DNA of 64,000 nucleotides from the human T2T-CHM13v2.0 reference genome, Homo sapiens. Under the pieces are notes generated by a model. It was not told where the DNA came from. It saw nothing but the letters and a program-made list of their open reading frames with translations, and searched no databases. The DNA lies in assembly GCF_009914755.1 (NCBI RefSeq), contig NC_060936.1. One strand, 5' to 3'. Made by a program: the position numbers and the translations under genes. Positions 1-14,477 of this stretch are shown piece after piece (position 1 is the stretch's first letter; each line of letters starts with the position of its first letter).

Positions 1-2273
1 ACAAATAAGACAATAAACAGGAGGCTTTTTTATTTAGAGAATGGCTGGATACCCCAGTGCCCTGGTTTTATATCTGGAATAGAACCATCTCCAAAGAGAA
101 CACTGTACAAATGATTAGGCCTACCCTCTAAGTGGAGTTTCTACTGATTCTATGCATGATAAATAATGGTTACTCTCTTGCCTACGTAGGACAGTAAAGA
201 AAGTGAAGGTCACTTGTACGTGTTTAAATAATAATATGACAGATATGTGTTAAGCCTTGTGTTCATAATCGAAGATATTGTATCCTGCATTGTGTAAATG
301 AGGCCACTGAAGCATGGAGAGTTAATATATTAACCACAAAAATGTATTTTGTCTATATTTTAATATGTTATGAACCTGTTGCCCTCTTCCCCACCCATTT
401 TGTTGACAATAAAATCTTAAATTATAGCCATCTAGACATTCTTAAACCTGGCATTTTAGACAAAAATAATTTGGGGACAGGGTATAGTTTACACTGTTTC
501 TAACTTAGAAGTTTTATCTCTTGCATAGTAGGTACTCATGTGGTCTGATTGAGACACAAAGTATAAAAGTACCAAGGGCCAGTAGAAAGTGGAAAATGAA
601 AGTATCATGTCCCCTTAGCAAGAGAACAGAAAGACTAGGTCAAGCATTCTCTCGTTTTCCAAAGATCATTAAAAACCCTTTTGTAATATTAAGTAGTCTA
701 TGTGATACACAGAGTGAGCCTTAAATTAACTTTTAAAAGTTTTCTATCTTGAAATATACTTTTAAAATAAATTTTCACCTGCATAAATGTTCTCTTTGGA
801 TTAAAGACTTAATCACCACAATTTCCAGAGATACTTTTCCTACCCTTTTGATTCCATTGTTGTTGTAATGACAGAAACTCATTAACACAGTGGGTATCAG
901 TATTGATTATGACTTTTAGACTTTACTTTTTCCCATTATAGTTTAATTTCTGTCTAAAATAGATCATAATTCTCAATCTGCTGCTGCTTTGGAGTTTTTC
1001 TAAGATATTGGACCATTTACTCATGGTGAGATAATAGTGTTCAAATTGACACTGGCAGTCACGAGGTACCCTGGACTCTTTTCTCCTATTTGATGCTCTG
1101 TTTTGTGGAATAGAATAGTATGTGTAGCCTTCCATGCAGAATTAATCATGAAAATGAACTGCATACTGCAGGTACAATCAGCACCATCTAATTACCTCAA
1201 ACTTGCTTGTCTTATGACTTTATTTAGCTGAGCACATGCATTTGATAATAACAAGTAGGATAATTCAAAATCCTGTCAACCACAGGCAATTTAGTTATCA
1301 TAAGTGAAGTCCGGTGTGTTTTAGAGATCGTATCCATTTGACAAGCTAGCAGGTATGAACAGGAAAGGCATAAGACAGGAAATAGAGAAGTCAGAATTTG
1401 ATTTATTAATTTTTTAGGAGAAAAGCCTATCAGGCTATGTAAGTCTTTTGAGTCTTTCTTTAATGTATATATTAAATATTCAGTTAGGTCTATTGTTATA
1501 ACACCTCTAGCATCTTATGAACTATAGCGTGATAATACGTTAAGAGAGAGAGAGGTTGATTATTTTGACTACCAGGAATGTTCTTTTCTTGAAAGAATCT
1601 CTGTTGGTCAGAGTCAACAGGCACTCTTATGCCTTTTATGATTCTCCATGTGCAGGTACAACTAATGAACCTGGTAGTTCAGTACCGTAAAGCTCATGGA
1701 GAGCCCGGTGAAGGCTGAGTATAGATGAAGGTCTTGGTGCTCAGCATGGCTTGAGGGCCCTGGATTGCAACCCTTTATAGCACGTGAATGTCAAGAGATG
1801 AGTCGGGGAGGTGTGCTGTGCTGTGGATGCTCCTCCGAGCTTGAGTCAGCTGTCCATCTTGCTGGCAGTCTCTTGCAGGCTGTCACCATTTCCTCTCACT
1901 TTCTTTCTTGCTGCTTTTTCTCCTAAAATTCTGACCTGGATCTATTTACCCATGTAAATAGGCAGGGGCAAATCTGGAAGTGGGAGAGAGGCTCATCTGA
2001 GGTGTTATGCTGTTCTTTCTCTGTGGAAACGAAGTTTCTCCCTTTTCAAAGTTAAGGGCCTAAGGCTTTGGTTATCTTCCCTGGAGTTAAGGCTCCTCAG
2101 TGCTGAGCCTTCCACACTCAAGTGCCCCTTTCCCCGGGCAGCTCACACTGTGTATTTCTGAATCTACCCACACCACAAAGATAAACTTTCAATATGAATG
2201 CTAAACATTCCCAAAACAAGACTTTTAAGTAGATCTTTTCCTGGATGTTCTTTCATTGATCTCATTCCCTGGC

Positions 2274-2631
2274 TAATATGGTTTAGCTGTCTCCCCACCC
2301 AAATCTCATCTTGTAGTTCCCATAATTCCCACCTGTCGTGGGATGGACCCAGTGGGAGATAATTGAATCATGGGGACAGGGCTTTCCCATGCTGTTCTTC
2401 TGCTAGTGAATAAGTCTCATGAGATCTGATGGTTTTATAAAGGGGAGTTCCCCTACAAAAGCCCTCTTGCGTGCCACCATGTAAGATGTGGCTTTGCTCC
2501 TCCTTGCTTTCTTCCATGATTGTGAGGCCTCCCCAGCCATGTGGAACTGTGAGTCAATTAAACTTCTTTCCTTTATAAATTACCCAGTCTCAGGTATGTC
2601 TTTATGAGCAGCATGAGAACAGACTAATACA
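2274..2631 (+). mobile_element. THE1 (ERVL-MaLR) solo LTR, THE1B/C-like, sense to NAV3
   Basis: Termini taatatggtttagctgt...ccccacccaaatctcatcttg and agactaataca; flanked by TGGC(T) on both sides. Confidence 0.9.
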
Positions 2632-3325
2632 TGGCTTAAGGGCACGTATTAATACACAGGCATATGCATTATATTTTCAAATATAAATATTGGCTGATGA
2701 ATTATTTTGTGTTATTTTGTCAATTTATCACCCGTTTTGAAAATATCTGTGCACATATTTTTAGAAAATCTTGTTGTTTCAGATCAATTAAAAATTGATT
2801 TTTCTCGGAAGTTTTCCCTTGAAGGTAGTCAGTGTTGAATATTTTGGTATTTGGTTTTAAGCACGCTGTGTATGATTTCTGTTAGTCTATTGTTAAACAA
2901 AATCACTGTGTGATATAGCCCCCCCCACCATTAGCATTTCAATAGAACATACTTAATTGAAAAGGTATGTTTTGACATATATCACCTTTTTAGGAGAAAA
3001 GATTATCCCTGATACCCATAACCCTACAAACTTATAACCCTCCAAATTCTCTACTTTTAAACCATGTTTTTAATTTCTTCCCAATAGCTGAAACCCTTTT
3101 ACTATGCTGCTTAGAATTCATAATCCACTGTTGGCTGAATTGCCTCTATTAGTAATTTCTTCTTGAAACATGCCCTTCCCTTTGTTCTTTTCACTGAAAC
3201 CTGCCTCTCCCCTGAAGACTCCCTGTAGTCCTTGTACACATTCTTTTCCTCCTGGGCCTGGGGGTGGGTTAAATGTCTACTTTCATCATCACCTCTCCTC
3301 TGAAAGAAATACCTATGTTGAAGCC

Positions 3326-3736
3326 TGTCTTAGTCTATTTCCTATGACTTATAACAAAATATTTGAAACTGAATAATTTATAAGGAAAAGAAATTCACAT
3401 CTTAGAGTTATGAAGGCTGAGAAGTTCAAGGTTGAGCACTACATCTGTTAAGAGCCTTCTTGCTAGTGGGGATGCTCTGTAGAGTCCCAAGGCAGTGCAG
3501 GGCATCACATGGTGAGGGGCAGCTGAGAGAGAGCCAAACTGGCTTTTATAACAGACCTACTCACACACTAACCCACTAGTCCATTAACCCACTAATCTAT
3601 GAGTAGGTTGATACATTCATGAGGGCTCAGCCCTCATGACCCGGTGATCTCATAAAGGTCTCACTTGTCAATACAGCTGCATTGGGGGTTAAATTTTAAT
3701 GTGAATTTGGAGGGAGCAAACATTCAAGCCATAACA
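3326..3736 (-). mobile_element. MST-type MaLR solo LTR (MSTD-like), inserted into an L2
   Basis: tgtcttagtc start, ccaaactggcttttataacagacc, cattcatgagggctcagccctcatgacc, and cattcaagccataaca end. Confidence 0.75.
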
Positions 3737-3759
3737 AAGTTCCTACCATCAATATAGAC

Positions 3760-5240
3760 CACCTGCTATCCCTCCTAGTTATCATTTCAAGAAACTTATG
3801 TTACTGTCCCTGAGTTATTCAAGATTTTAACTCTAATATTTTTGACTTTCTAACACTACTGTTATTTTAATTTACTGTGATATCCACATCCACTGACCCA
3901 TAGCCTCACTTCTCAGAAGCTTGACACCTTATCCTTTAATGATCTTGCCTTCCATTCTACTTGTACTTCAGTCACACACTCCCACTGTCACACCCTGGAA
4001 CTTGTCCTTAGTGAAAACTTCACCTTCTCCATTCAAACAGGGTTGAGTATCATGCTAACAACTACCCCTATTTTTCCAGTTCGCTTCCTTTCTTATTCTG
4101 GCTCCAAGAATAATATAATCTGACCAGTGCCTGCAATTCATTGATACTTAACTCGTCAGAATCCTAAATACTTGCTGAGTTGTCATATATTTCTTTGTAC
4201 AAGTTAGGTTCCATGATCTATTCAAAATAACCAGCCAAACAAAAAACCTTACTTGGATATTTTTTCTACTCCACTGCCCCTTTCTCTTTTGCTTATTTGA
4301 CTAGAAAAATCTCAACTTCAGTTAAAACCAACATTTTATCTACTCTGCTCCTGTCCAGCTGAATGTGATTGGATAAAACTATAAATATCATGCAGACTGA
4401 TTTCATAGTATGTTCATGACTAGTAATCTCAAGTGGACTAGTGGTGTGCACAGAAATCCTACATTTCCCTGCTCCACTCTTTCATTCTCTTAACAAATAA
4501 TTCACAACTATTCTTTCTCCTCAAATTTCCAGTCTTTCTTTCCCTTTCTCAGTTAGCATGTTTACAGCTTCCCTGAGAAAATGGAAGAAATCCAAATATC
4601 AGTCTCATCATCCCAGCTACCTCCCTACTGATGGTTTACATTTATATCAGCCTTACCTCCTGTTACTGTGTATGAACTGTCTCAGTTAAATATCCAAGGC
4701 TAAACCCTCCAGTTAGGCACTGGATCCCATTCCCTCTCTGTGATCAAAGTCATAGCTCTAGTTATTTCTAAACTGTCCTGTATCACCAATTTTTTTTTGT
4801 CTTTACTATATCATTCCCATCAGCACACCAACATTTTGAAGTTTCTCTTTCACTATAAACAAAGTAGACAAAATAAACCCCAAACACCCCTCCATTCCAT
4901 ATTGCCCTTGAGCCACCACTCTCTCTCTCTCTTTCTCTCTCTCTCTGCTCTCCTTTGCAATAAATCCCTTGAAATATTTTTTAAAGTTACCTTGCTATCA
5001 TCAATTTCTCTCTGTTGTCTGTTGAATCCACTCCATTCAGTGTTTTACCCCATCACTCTTCTAAAACTGTTTTTACTAAACTAATCAATGACTTTCTTAT
5101 TAAGGTTAGCAATGGCTTTCATTGATATAAAATCGATGTTGCTAAATTCATTGTTTAATTTTCGTGTCTCTCCTGACTTGGCCTATCAGCACTCTTTGAT
5201 ATGATTGATTACTTAGTCTTCTGTGAGATCTTTTTTTTCC
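3760..5240 (+). mobile_element. Degenerate L2 LINE fragment (probably continues upstream of the MST LTR, about 3060-3325)
   Basis: L2-like motifs, e.g. cccactgtcacaccctggaacttgtc and ccatcactcttctaaaactg...aatgac...gttgctaaattc...gacttggcctatcagcactctttga. Confidence 0.6.
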
Positions 5241-5489
5241 TCTTGTAAAATTATTTATGATGTTTGAATAGAAGAGTAAAATGATAAAATTTCACTTCAA
5301 GAAGAGTCATCTTGATAAAATAAAAAAAGAGAAAAAGACATATAAAAAGCATTGCCATCATCAAAGGGATGGGTAATAATCAACATAATTAGATTGTGTT
5401 CCTATAAAAATAAAGTATAGAAGATATATTTTAAATATACAACTAATGGAAATTGCAGCTGATTTGATATTAAAGTGAGAGTAAACAAA

Positions 5490-5870
5490 ACCTGTATTTG
5501 CAATAACAAGTAACCCTCTAATGTCAGTGGCTTACAGTAACAAACATTTATTCCTTATTCACAATACATGGCACAGCTGTGAATTACCTGCTGTGGCTTG
5601 ACTTTACTTGTTTTCTTATTACTAGACTCAGACTGAAGAAGCAACCCCTGTTTGGGATGTCTTTTCTTGAGACAGAGGGGAAGAGCAAAAGAGGCAGCAG
5701 AAACTTACACAGACCCTTAAAGGTTCTGGCATATTCCATGTATGTTCATATTCCATTGGCCAAAACACATCACATGCCCAAGGCCAAAAGTCAATGAGAT
5801 AGATAATGTATAATCCACAAAAAGGGAAAGTAGATGGAATATTTGTAAATAATCATACAACTTACTATAG
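5490..5870 (-). mobile_element. Old MLT1 (MLT1K/L-like) MaLR LTR
   Basis: tcagtggcttacagtaacaaacatttattcctt and catattccattggccaaaacacatcacatgcccaag motifs. Confidence 0.6.
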
Positions 5871-5899
5871 TGGCAATTCACACTAGTTTCTTTCCTTCT

Positions 5900-6130
5900 A
5901 AAGTGATTGTGAAAATGATGAGCAGAAATAGAAGATGTAGTAGAAGGGATGGATTTGGGAAGGGAGAAGATGAATTCAGTAAGAAACATATTGCGTGTGG
6001 GCTGAACATTCAGGAGGAGATGTCAGGCAGGCAGTTTGAAATGGAAAACTGGCACTTAGGAAAAAGGACAGGCTAAAAATTTTGAGTACAGCCAAGAACA
6101 GATTATTTGGGAACACAGCATTTTGGCAAA
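5900..6130 (-). mobile_element. L2 fragment
   Basis: Purine-rich gatgaattcagt...ggagatgtcaggcaggcagtttgaaat, typical of antisense L2. Confidence 0.55.
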
Positions 6131-6289
6131 GGAGGATGAGGAGATATAACTACAAGACAGAGAGTAGCTGGTTAGCAAACTCAAATGTTGAGTAAAATGC
6201 ATCTTGATAATAATGCCAATTGATGATCTACAACTAAGTCATCCAGACTCATTCAGCAGTGGGTTTTGAGTTCTGTAAATTTGTCAGAG

Positions 6290-6515
6290 ACAATGTGTCA
6301 TAGAAATTAAAAGTACAAGCTCAGGAATGCAAACGCTGGGTTTCCCTTCCTGCTCAGCCATTTTGTAAATCTTAGCCAAGATTGGGTAAGTTACTTCACT
6401 TCTCCAAGCTTGTATCCTTTTCTACAAAATAATTAACACTGGCGTTTACCCGTGCAGGATTGTTGAGAGGATTAAATTAGATTATGCCTATAAAATGTTC
6501 AGATAGTTCCTGGTT
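6290..6515 (+). mobile_element. MIR SINE
   Basis: ttgggtaagttacttcacttctc...caggattgttgagaggattaaattagat core. Confidence 0.65.
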
Positions 6516-9500
6516 CATTTTAAGCAATTAATTGGTATAAGTAGTATTACTACCAAAATTGCATAAAAGAAAACACTAAATCTGCCTTTGTTTACATTTG
6601 TTTTAATAGGAGTCTCTTCTTCAAGTATATGTTTTCTATTTACTAGTTTTGAAAATTTTATTGACAACTTAATAAGAAAGTCTGGGATATGTATTGTTAG
6701 GCAATTATGTGAAAAATGCAAATAATATTAATTTCAATTATAAAACATATGCAGCATTTTAAGTAATAACATGTTTATTTTTTGATTCATTATGCCAAAA
6801 TGCTCAGGTCTTGTTCCTTGCAAGAGTATGGCTACACAGTACACATACTTATTGCTACCAATATTTTTATCACAGTGAATTTATGAGAGTCTTGTTGGAC
6901 AATGTGGATACTATTTACCTGCAACCTCTTAAATTTGTATGCCTAATGAGAAGTCTTATGGTAATAAACATTATTTAAGGGAATTAATCATTGCTGAGGG
7001 ATCTTTTCACTTTGCCAACCTTGGAAGTTGGCTAGAATTAAAGACTTGGAAAGATATAGCTATTCTACTGCTGACATTTCTGCAGCACCCCCTGTGGTAC
7101 AGATTCACTTTGCATTTTATTCTTTCCTCTATGATCACTTCTTTCAATCATTACATGTCCTCATCTATGTGTTGGGATCCCAGTGGTTTCACTGGGTTTC
7201 TTTCATAGTAGTAAAAAATAATCTTTCATGAAGAAGACACCCTATATGACACCAACACTTTTTCCTATTTTTGAATTAACTGCCTATGAAGTCTTTAAAA
7301 CTGTCAATGAAACAATAGGTTTTCTACAGCCTGTAGCCCATATTGCTCTTTTATGTTATTTTTGTGGTTTTCCTGTCAAATAGTTTTTGGTGTTTATTTT
7401 CTTTAAGCATCACTAGGCATTTGTTAGGCTGCAGAGCTGATTAAAATCCAGACTTCCATATGAGATTTACAGATGTTGTAGAATTAGAGAAAATTAGCTT
7501 CAGGTCTGGCAGTGATTTTCTAAAAGTGGTTCCATTGATCTCACTGAAATCAAGGATTTCTTTGCTGAGCTGCCAAGATACATAAATCTTCTATGAGAAC
7601 TGATTTTGTAACAGACCTTGACATGTATAATCTAATTCTAGAAAACAAACTTCTAGCTGAAAATCAACAGCCTAAAGGAAGATTAAAGATTATGTTGGTA
7701 TCCACATGAATATTTTGTCCTGTATAGCACAGAGGAGTAGGGAAAATCACTGGACACATTCAGAAGGAACCCCAAAGCATCTAGATGTTACCAAAGTAAC
7801 CACCCTGGAAATTGCAATCTACAGCAAGAAATGAGTATTTCAGAGATGAGGTCGTAACCTGAGTGGGATTTAATGCTTGGTTTTATGTCATTTGACTTAA
7901 AAAAATATGACAGCAATGTTAGTGTGTTATAATCTAGCAATGGTCAAGGAGACAATTATAAAATGTAAGCTCTAACCTTCTTGTCTTTCTCTAGAAATAG
8001 TGGTTCATGAAATGCAAGTTGTGAAGTGAATTTTCTTCTTTTGAAATTTTTTCTATACATATTCCTTCAGTGTTTTAGAAATAACATGGCCAGCTAATTA
8101 TTTTTATGGTTCTATGTATACTTTAGATTTAATTAGGGGTCTATTTATTTGTCCCAGTTTCACAGATAAATTATAATAATAGCAAATTATAGCAGATTAA
8201 TTTGAATATTCACTTATAGATCAACATAATTAATATGAACTATTATGTTTATTGCAAAAGGAGTATCAGAGAACAGTATCACAGAAAGCTTTTGCTAAAT
8301 TAAAAACAACACACCTCTCTTCCAAGCATAATTAATGCTACCATTTTCTTTTCCTTTCTAGTGTTTCTTCATATATATATATATATGATATACATGATAT
8401 ATCTCATATATATTATGAATGACCTCATATAACTTATGAGGGTCATTCAATTTTATATACTTCTTATCCACTTAACATAATGGTTTTTATAATTTTTGTG
8501 AGCAAGACTTTATTGTTTTAAGTATACAATTAACATAATATATAAAATACATTAAAATCAATTAGTTGATTGTTCTGAAATGCATGTGAAGAAAAATAAG
8601 TGTATAAATGACATAGACAAATATAACAGGTTAAAATATAAAATTCATTCAATTATTGTCTTTTCCTTCCAAATATGTTTCCAACAAAGAATTAGACACT
8701 ATTATTATAGAATGTGTGAATAGATTATCACTGCAAACAATGTTATCTCAACTGAGTGGACAAGAGGGAAGACCCAGTGATCACATTGGTCTTGCAATTT
8801 TTCCTTTCACTTTCACCTTCCCTTAGTTTGTTGACATGCGCTATTGTAAAAAATCACAGATGCTGCTAATAGTGTCCTCATTCTAAAGGAAAAATAAAAA
8901 AATCTTCATTCTACTTGTTTCTTCTCTCTTTGTCCTCTTAAGAGAGATCAGGAAATAACTAAATAAGCAAACCTCTAATCCGGAACTCTATATAAATCCT
9001 ACTGTTCTTGTGACCACAGCAGCTCTCTAAGTCTTGCCTATCTTAGGCAGCAAATACATACTTTTACAGGGGTCCTCAGAGAATTTGAAGATGGGCTGCT
9101 TACCCAGAATCCGAGAGTATGAGCTGGAAAATCACTGTGTGTCCCACATCACTGTATAATGGGACCAAAAATAGACATGTCATACTAGCAAAGACAGGAT
9201 CCAAGAAAACACTGACACATGTAAACATTTACTGAAACCCCAAACATCTTCTCTTATCAGCATTTGGATTAGTAATTTTAGCTTTGGACCTTTCACTAGG
9301 AACTACACAGTTTATTGCTAATAGTTGCTCATTGATCTCTTAGCATTTGGGATTATGAAGGGATTCTATTCTCCACATGTGAAATCAACATAATAGGAAT
9401 GTTTGTGCCTTGCACTGTCTTTGCAAATATCGCAGGTCAGGTAATTTATATTTGTTATTTAGTCAATCACTTTACCATTTTTTTCCATACCACCATTCCC

Positions 9501-10494
9501 TTCCCCTTTTCCCAAAAAAAAGTCAATTTATGGAATTCAACCAATTTGTAAGTTCAGATTTCTTTTTTCTGAGGTTTTAATTCAAGTAGAGAAAATAAGT
9601 GAATGCAGGTGGAAGAAACAAGGAAAAAATACATGATAAACCATAAAGTAATGTTAGAATTATTATGAAAGCATTCAGATGACCATTTTAACATATTTTT
9701 TAAAGCCACTATTTTAGCATATTAAGAGAACCACAGCACTTTGCTTTGTTTAAACAGGCATACTGGTATTTCTGATTTATCAAAAACTAATCTATAAAGC
9801 CCCTAAATACTTAGGCTTATCAAAAATATACTGTATTTAACTTTGTAGAGGTTTCTTTTCTTTATTTTTAAGATGAAATAAACCAGTTATTTTTATTAGT
9901 TTGGATGCTGATTTTTAGATTTACTATTATGAGTGATTTTTGTAATGTTTATTCAGTTTGAATGTATCAGTTGGTTACAGGATCAAGAATGGAAATTAGA
10001 ACTCAAGGTATGATGAGATACTAGTTGATTCCCCTCTGCCTCCTCACCATGTGTAAGTTGATACTTGTGATAGCCAGTATACATCCATCCTGTTGACAGT
10101 ACTTCCTTTGACACTGCGTCTAACTCATAAAGAATAATTTGTCATCCCAAAGGATCCAATGTATCTATCCAACTTCATCTTCCATTCCTCTTTAACTTAA
10201 ACCTTGATCTCCAGATGGGCTAATATCCTAAATCTCTAAGCTTTTGCTCTCCCTTCAGAATCTACTCAGAATTACGTACCTCTCAAATTTGGATTTAAGC
10301 TCTTTCTCTTCTACTCTGGACTGCCTGACATTTATATGATCTTGTTTGCATATTTTATTAATTTACCTCTATTGCCTTGTTGCAAAATTAGAATCATTAT
10401 CTAAGTTTATCTATGTCTCTTATCTCCAGTATGCCCTGCATCAAGCAATTGCTACTATACTTTGTGTATGGCTTCCTCCCCCTGCCCAAATACA

Positions 10495-10620
10495 TACATA
10501 TATATATGTGTAAATATATATGTGTGTATATATATATATATGGTTGAATTATACATATATAAAGTTGAATTATATATATATATCAAATTTTATATATATA
10601 TAATAAAGTTGAATTAAATT
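10495..10620. repeat. (TA)n-rich low-complexity tract with three GTTGAATTA units
   Basis: Read directly from the sequence. Confidence 0.8.
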
Positions 10621-11288
10621 GAAAGTGTTCCTATACACATGTTTCTTTGATTTTAGTACTACAAATGATTGTGGATGATATAATACTAAGCAATAAAAAA
10701 TTCAAACATGTTAAGCAGTTTATCCAAATTCTAATTTAAACTTGTTTGAATTTAAAACCTTTTCTACTAACATTAACCATATTGCCTGAAGATGCCTGAT
10801 GTCACCACAGAAACTTTGTCTTAAATGATTCCAAGTTCTTAGATTAATGTAAAGTATATGATGAGCTTTTTGGAATATTTTCTCAATGATCTTGGTGCCA
10901 TCAATTCTAAATAGAACCTTATTGCCAGTATTGTGTACCTCATTACAGAGTAACCCTGGGCACTTCCTTTGTAGGTTCTGGTTGTAATTGACACCATATA
11001 TATTTTTTAAAAATATTTTAAGTTTTTCAGGAACAAAAACTGTTACGGTTGACACATCACACCACTGTCTTTATGACCTATCTTTAAAGTGATACAAAGA
11101 GCTACTACAATAGTTGCTTTCATATTTCTAAAATTCATTGACTTCAAAGATAAAAGTCAAAAAGATGTGAAAATTCCGTAACAGTCTTTTCATGGGATCT
11201 ATTTTTTCACTTTCAAACTCTTAACAGTAAAAGTGAAAGATGAATGGTGTTTTGCAAGGTGTCAGAAGTACTTCTGTGCTGTGCTGTA

Positions 11289-11291
<3 letters not shown>

Positions 11292-11337
<46 letters not shown>
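11292..11337. repeat. (TG)23 perfect microsatellite
   Basis: Read directly from the sequence. Confidence 0.97.
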
Positions 11338-11340
<3 letters not shown>

Positions 11341-11851
11341 ATGTCCAAACAGATATAATTTTTAGCTTTTTACTCAATTATAATACTGGGAAATGACATA
11401 ATATAATTCCAAAGTATGTAGTTTACGTTTAAAAATGCATTTTTGAAATAGACCTGATTGCTAACCTAGCTAACTAATGCAGACTCTACTTATAATGTGC
11501 GATTAAGGGTTCAAGATCATAGAAATAATATCTGTAATTTCTATTGATGTTTTGGGATTGAAAAGCTCAGTCGAATATAACAATAGTAGTAACTTTACTT
11601 TTGTCCTTAATGTTGACTTCAGAATAGAATTATGTTGGATTCCTTGAAGGTGCATTATTAGCCCTATCTTGCTAAAAGGCATAACTCTTTGATTAATGTT
11701 GATAATTTTAATTTGTAGAGCATTAAAAGTTCAGGAATTGATTCTATGAGAAATATTCACTACTCCGGATGCTCAATTGACCAATAATTTAATTCAAAAC
11801 AAATGTTAACTGAAAACAGTGTATTAATCAGAGTCCATAAAATTCACCTGT

Positions 11852-12159
<308 letters not shown>

Positions 12160-12771
12160 TTAATTGGCTACATTTCTTGTGCAATTTCTCCTTTTCTTAT
12201 TTTCATTTTTAAACAAAGACAGAATATACAGAATCACTATCCTGCATAGTACATTCCCAATAAAGCACTCACTCACTCTAAATTAAAGAGTTGTCATAAT
12301 GGAAAGAACGAAAATGGTAATTTAATTTTGCTAATATTTCTTACCCCAGAATTCATTCATTATTCATTCACCAAACATCCACACCTACGGTATTAGCACT
12401 GAGGACACAGTCGTGCACAAGATAAACCAGGACACAGATTTCATATAACCTAGAATTTTGCAAAATTTCTTGAATCCTTGGAAAGTTGACATTCAAATTC
12501 AGGGTTACTTTAACATTGCAAACAGGTATCTGTGGAAATTGGGGGAAATGCGTGCGAAGAAAAATAAATCTATGAATGACATATTAAAAACAAAGTATAA
12601 CAGGTTTAAATACAAACTCATTCAATTACTGTCTTTTCTTATCAAACAGAAAGGACGTTGGAGGGGTGGGAAGAGGCCTGACTCAGGTAAAATAATTTGT
12701 TGATATTGAGGGAGGGCCATAGTGTATAAAATAATAGATCTTTAAACATTTGCTCACACTTAGAATGGTAA

Positions 12772-13137
<366 letters not shown>

Positions 13138-14169
13138 GTGTTAATTATTTTCTAAAGTGTTTCATCCATATTCGCTTGGGTCTTCAGTCAAATTTTAAGG
13201 CTATCTTAGGTTAGGAAATATAGACTTTGTTTCTCCCTGCTGCAGAGCACAGAACAATGTATGTACTTGGCTTTCATATGTTAGGTATTAGCTGGTTGGT
13301 TGTTTAAATCCTCTGGGGAAACACGCCAAACCATGTCTACTTCTTGCAATAATTTTCATTTGGTCAAATCCTGGTGTACAGATTTTGCTCTGTTCATCTT
13401 TATAAGACCTGTATGCACCTAGCAAATTCCTGAAGTATGAATGAATAAAAGAAGAATGAGTTAACAATATACAATGAATATGAATCATTAACATTTTCAA
13501 GTTTCTGTGACAAAATTTGTGACAGTCTTTACTGTAAGCAAGCAAATTCAGGTGTAGGTTTTACATAATGCACTTTTATTTATTTGTTATAAATGGGCTA
13601 AAATTAAGAATCTCAGTTACAGATAATTACTCATCTATCTTTTTCTACATTTCATATGTTCACTAAGGACAAAAGCTAATTTTTACTTACCTTTCTGTAA
13701 TCAGCAATTAGTACAGAGCCAGAAATATAGCAGGTACTAAATAAATCAATTATGGAGTACAAGAACAGAGGGAACATTTTGATCTCTGGTTAGGAAATCC
13801 AAAGTGCCCTTCAATCTCATAGGGCATGACGTTGTAATGGAAGCAAGTCCAGATATTGTTTTTGGAAATAAAACACATAACACTATGGTGTAAAGATTTG
13901 TACAGCAGTGGAAAAGCTATAGGGAATAGAGACTATAAACCCTCTGTTTTAGTTTGCCAAGACAAAGACACTCTGGGGGAAAAAAAAAGTACAGTATTAA
14001 GTAGAAAATCTAACTATTAGAAAAAAATAAAAATGAATTATACAAACTTATTTACCAAGTAAAATTGTTTCTTACCCCAAATCATCTTTAATTTTAAATT
14101 TAGAAAATATATTAATCCCAAAGGACTGTTGTTTACAGAGACAAGACTTAAAAATAATAATTTTATTTA

Positions 14170-14477
14170 CTTTTTTTTCTTTTTTAGAGATAGGGCCTCA
14201 CTTTGTCACCCAAGCTGGAATACTAGAGTACAGTGGTACAATCATAGTTCAGTGCAGCCTCAAACACTTGGGCTCAAACACTTGGGCTCAAACAGTCTTC
14301 TCCAGCATCTGGTACTATAGGCACACACCATCACATCTGACTAAATTTTTAATTTTTTTAGAGATGAAGTCTCGCCATGTGGCCCAGGCTGGTCTCAAAC
14401 TTCTGGCCTCAAGCAATCGTCCCACTTTAGCTTCCCAAAGTGCTGGGATTACAGGCATGCACCACCATGTCTGACCT
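14170..14477 (-). mobile_element. AluJ with an internal 14-bp tandem duplication (ctcaaacacttggg, 14259-14294)
   Basis: Diverged Alu with J-type features (atcatagttcagtgcagcctcaa; ggcctcaagcaatc). Confidence 0.85.
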
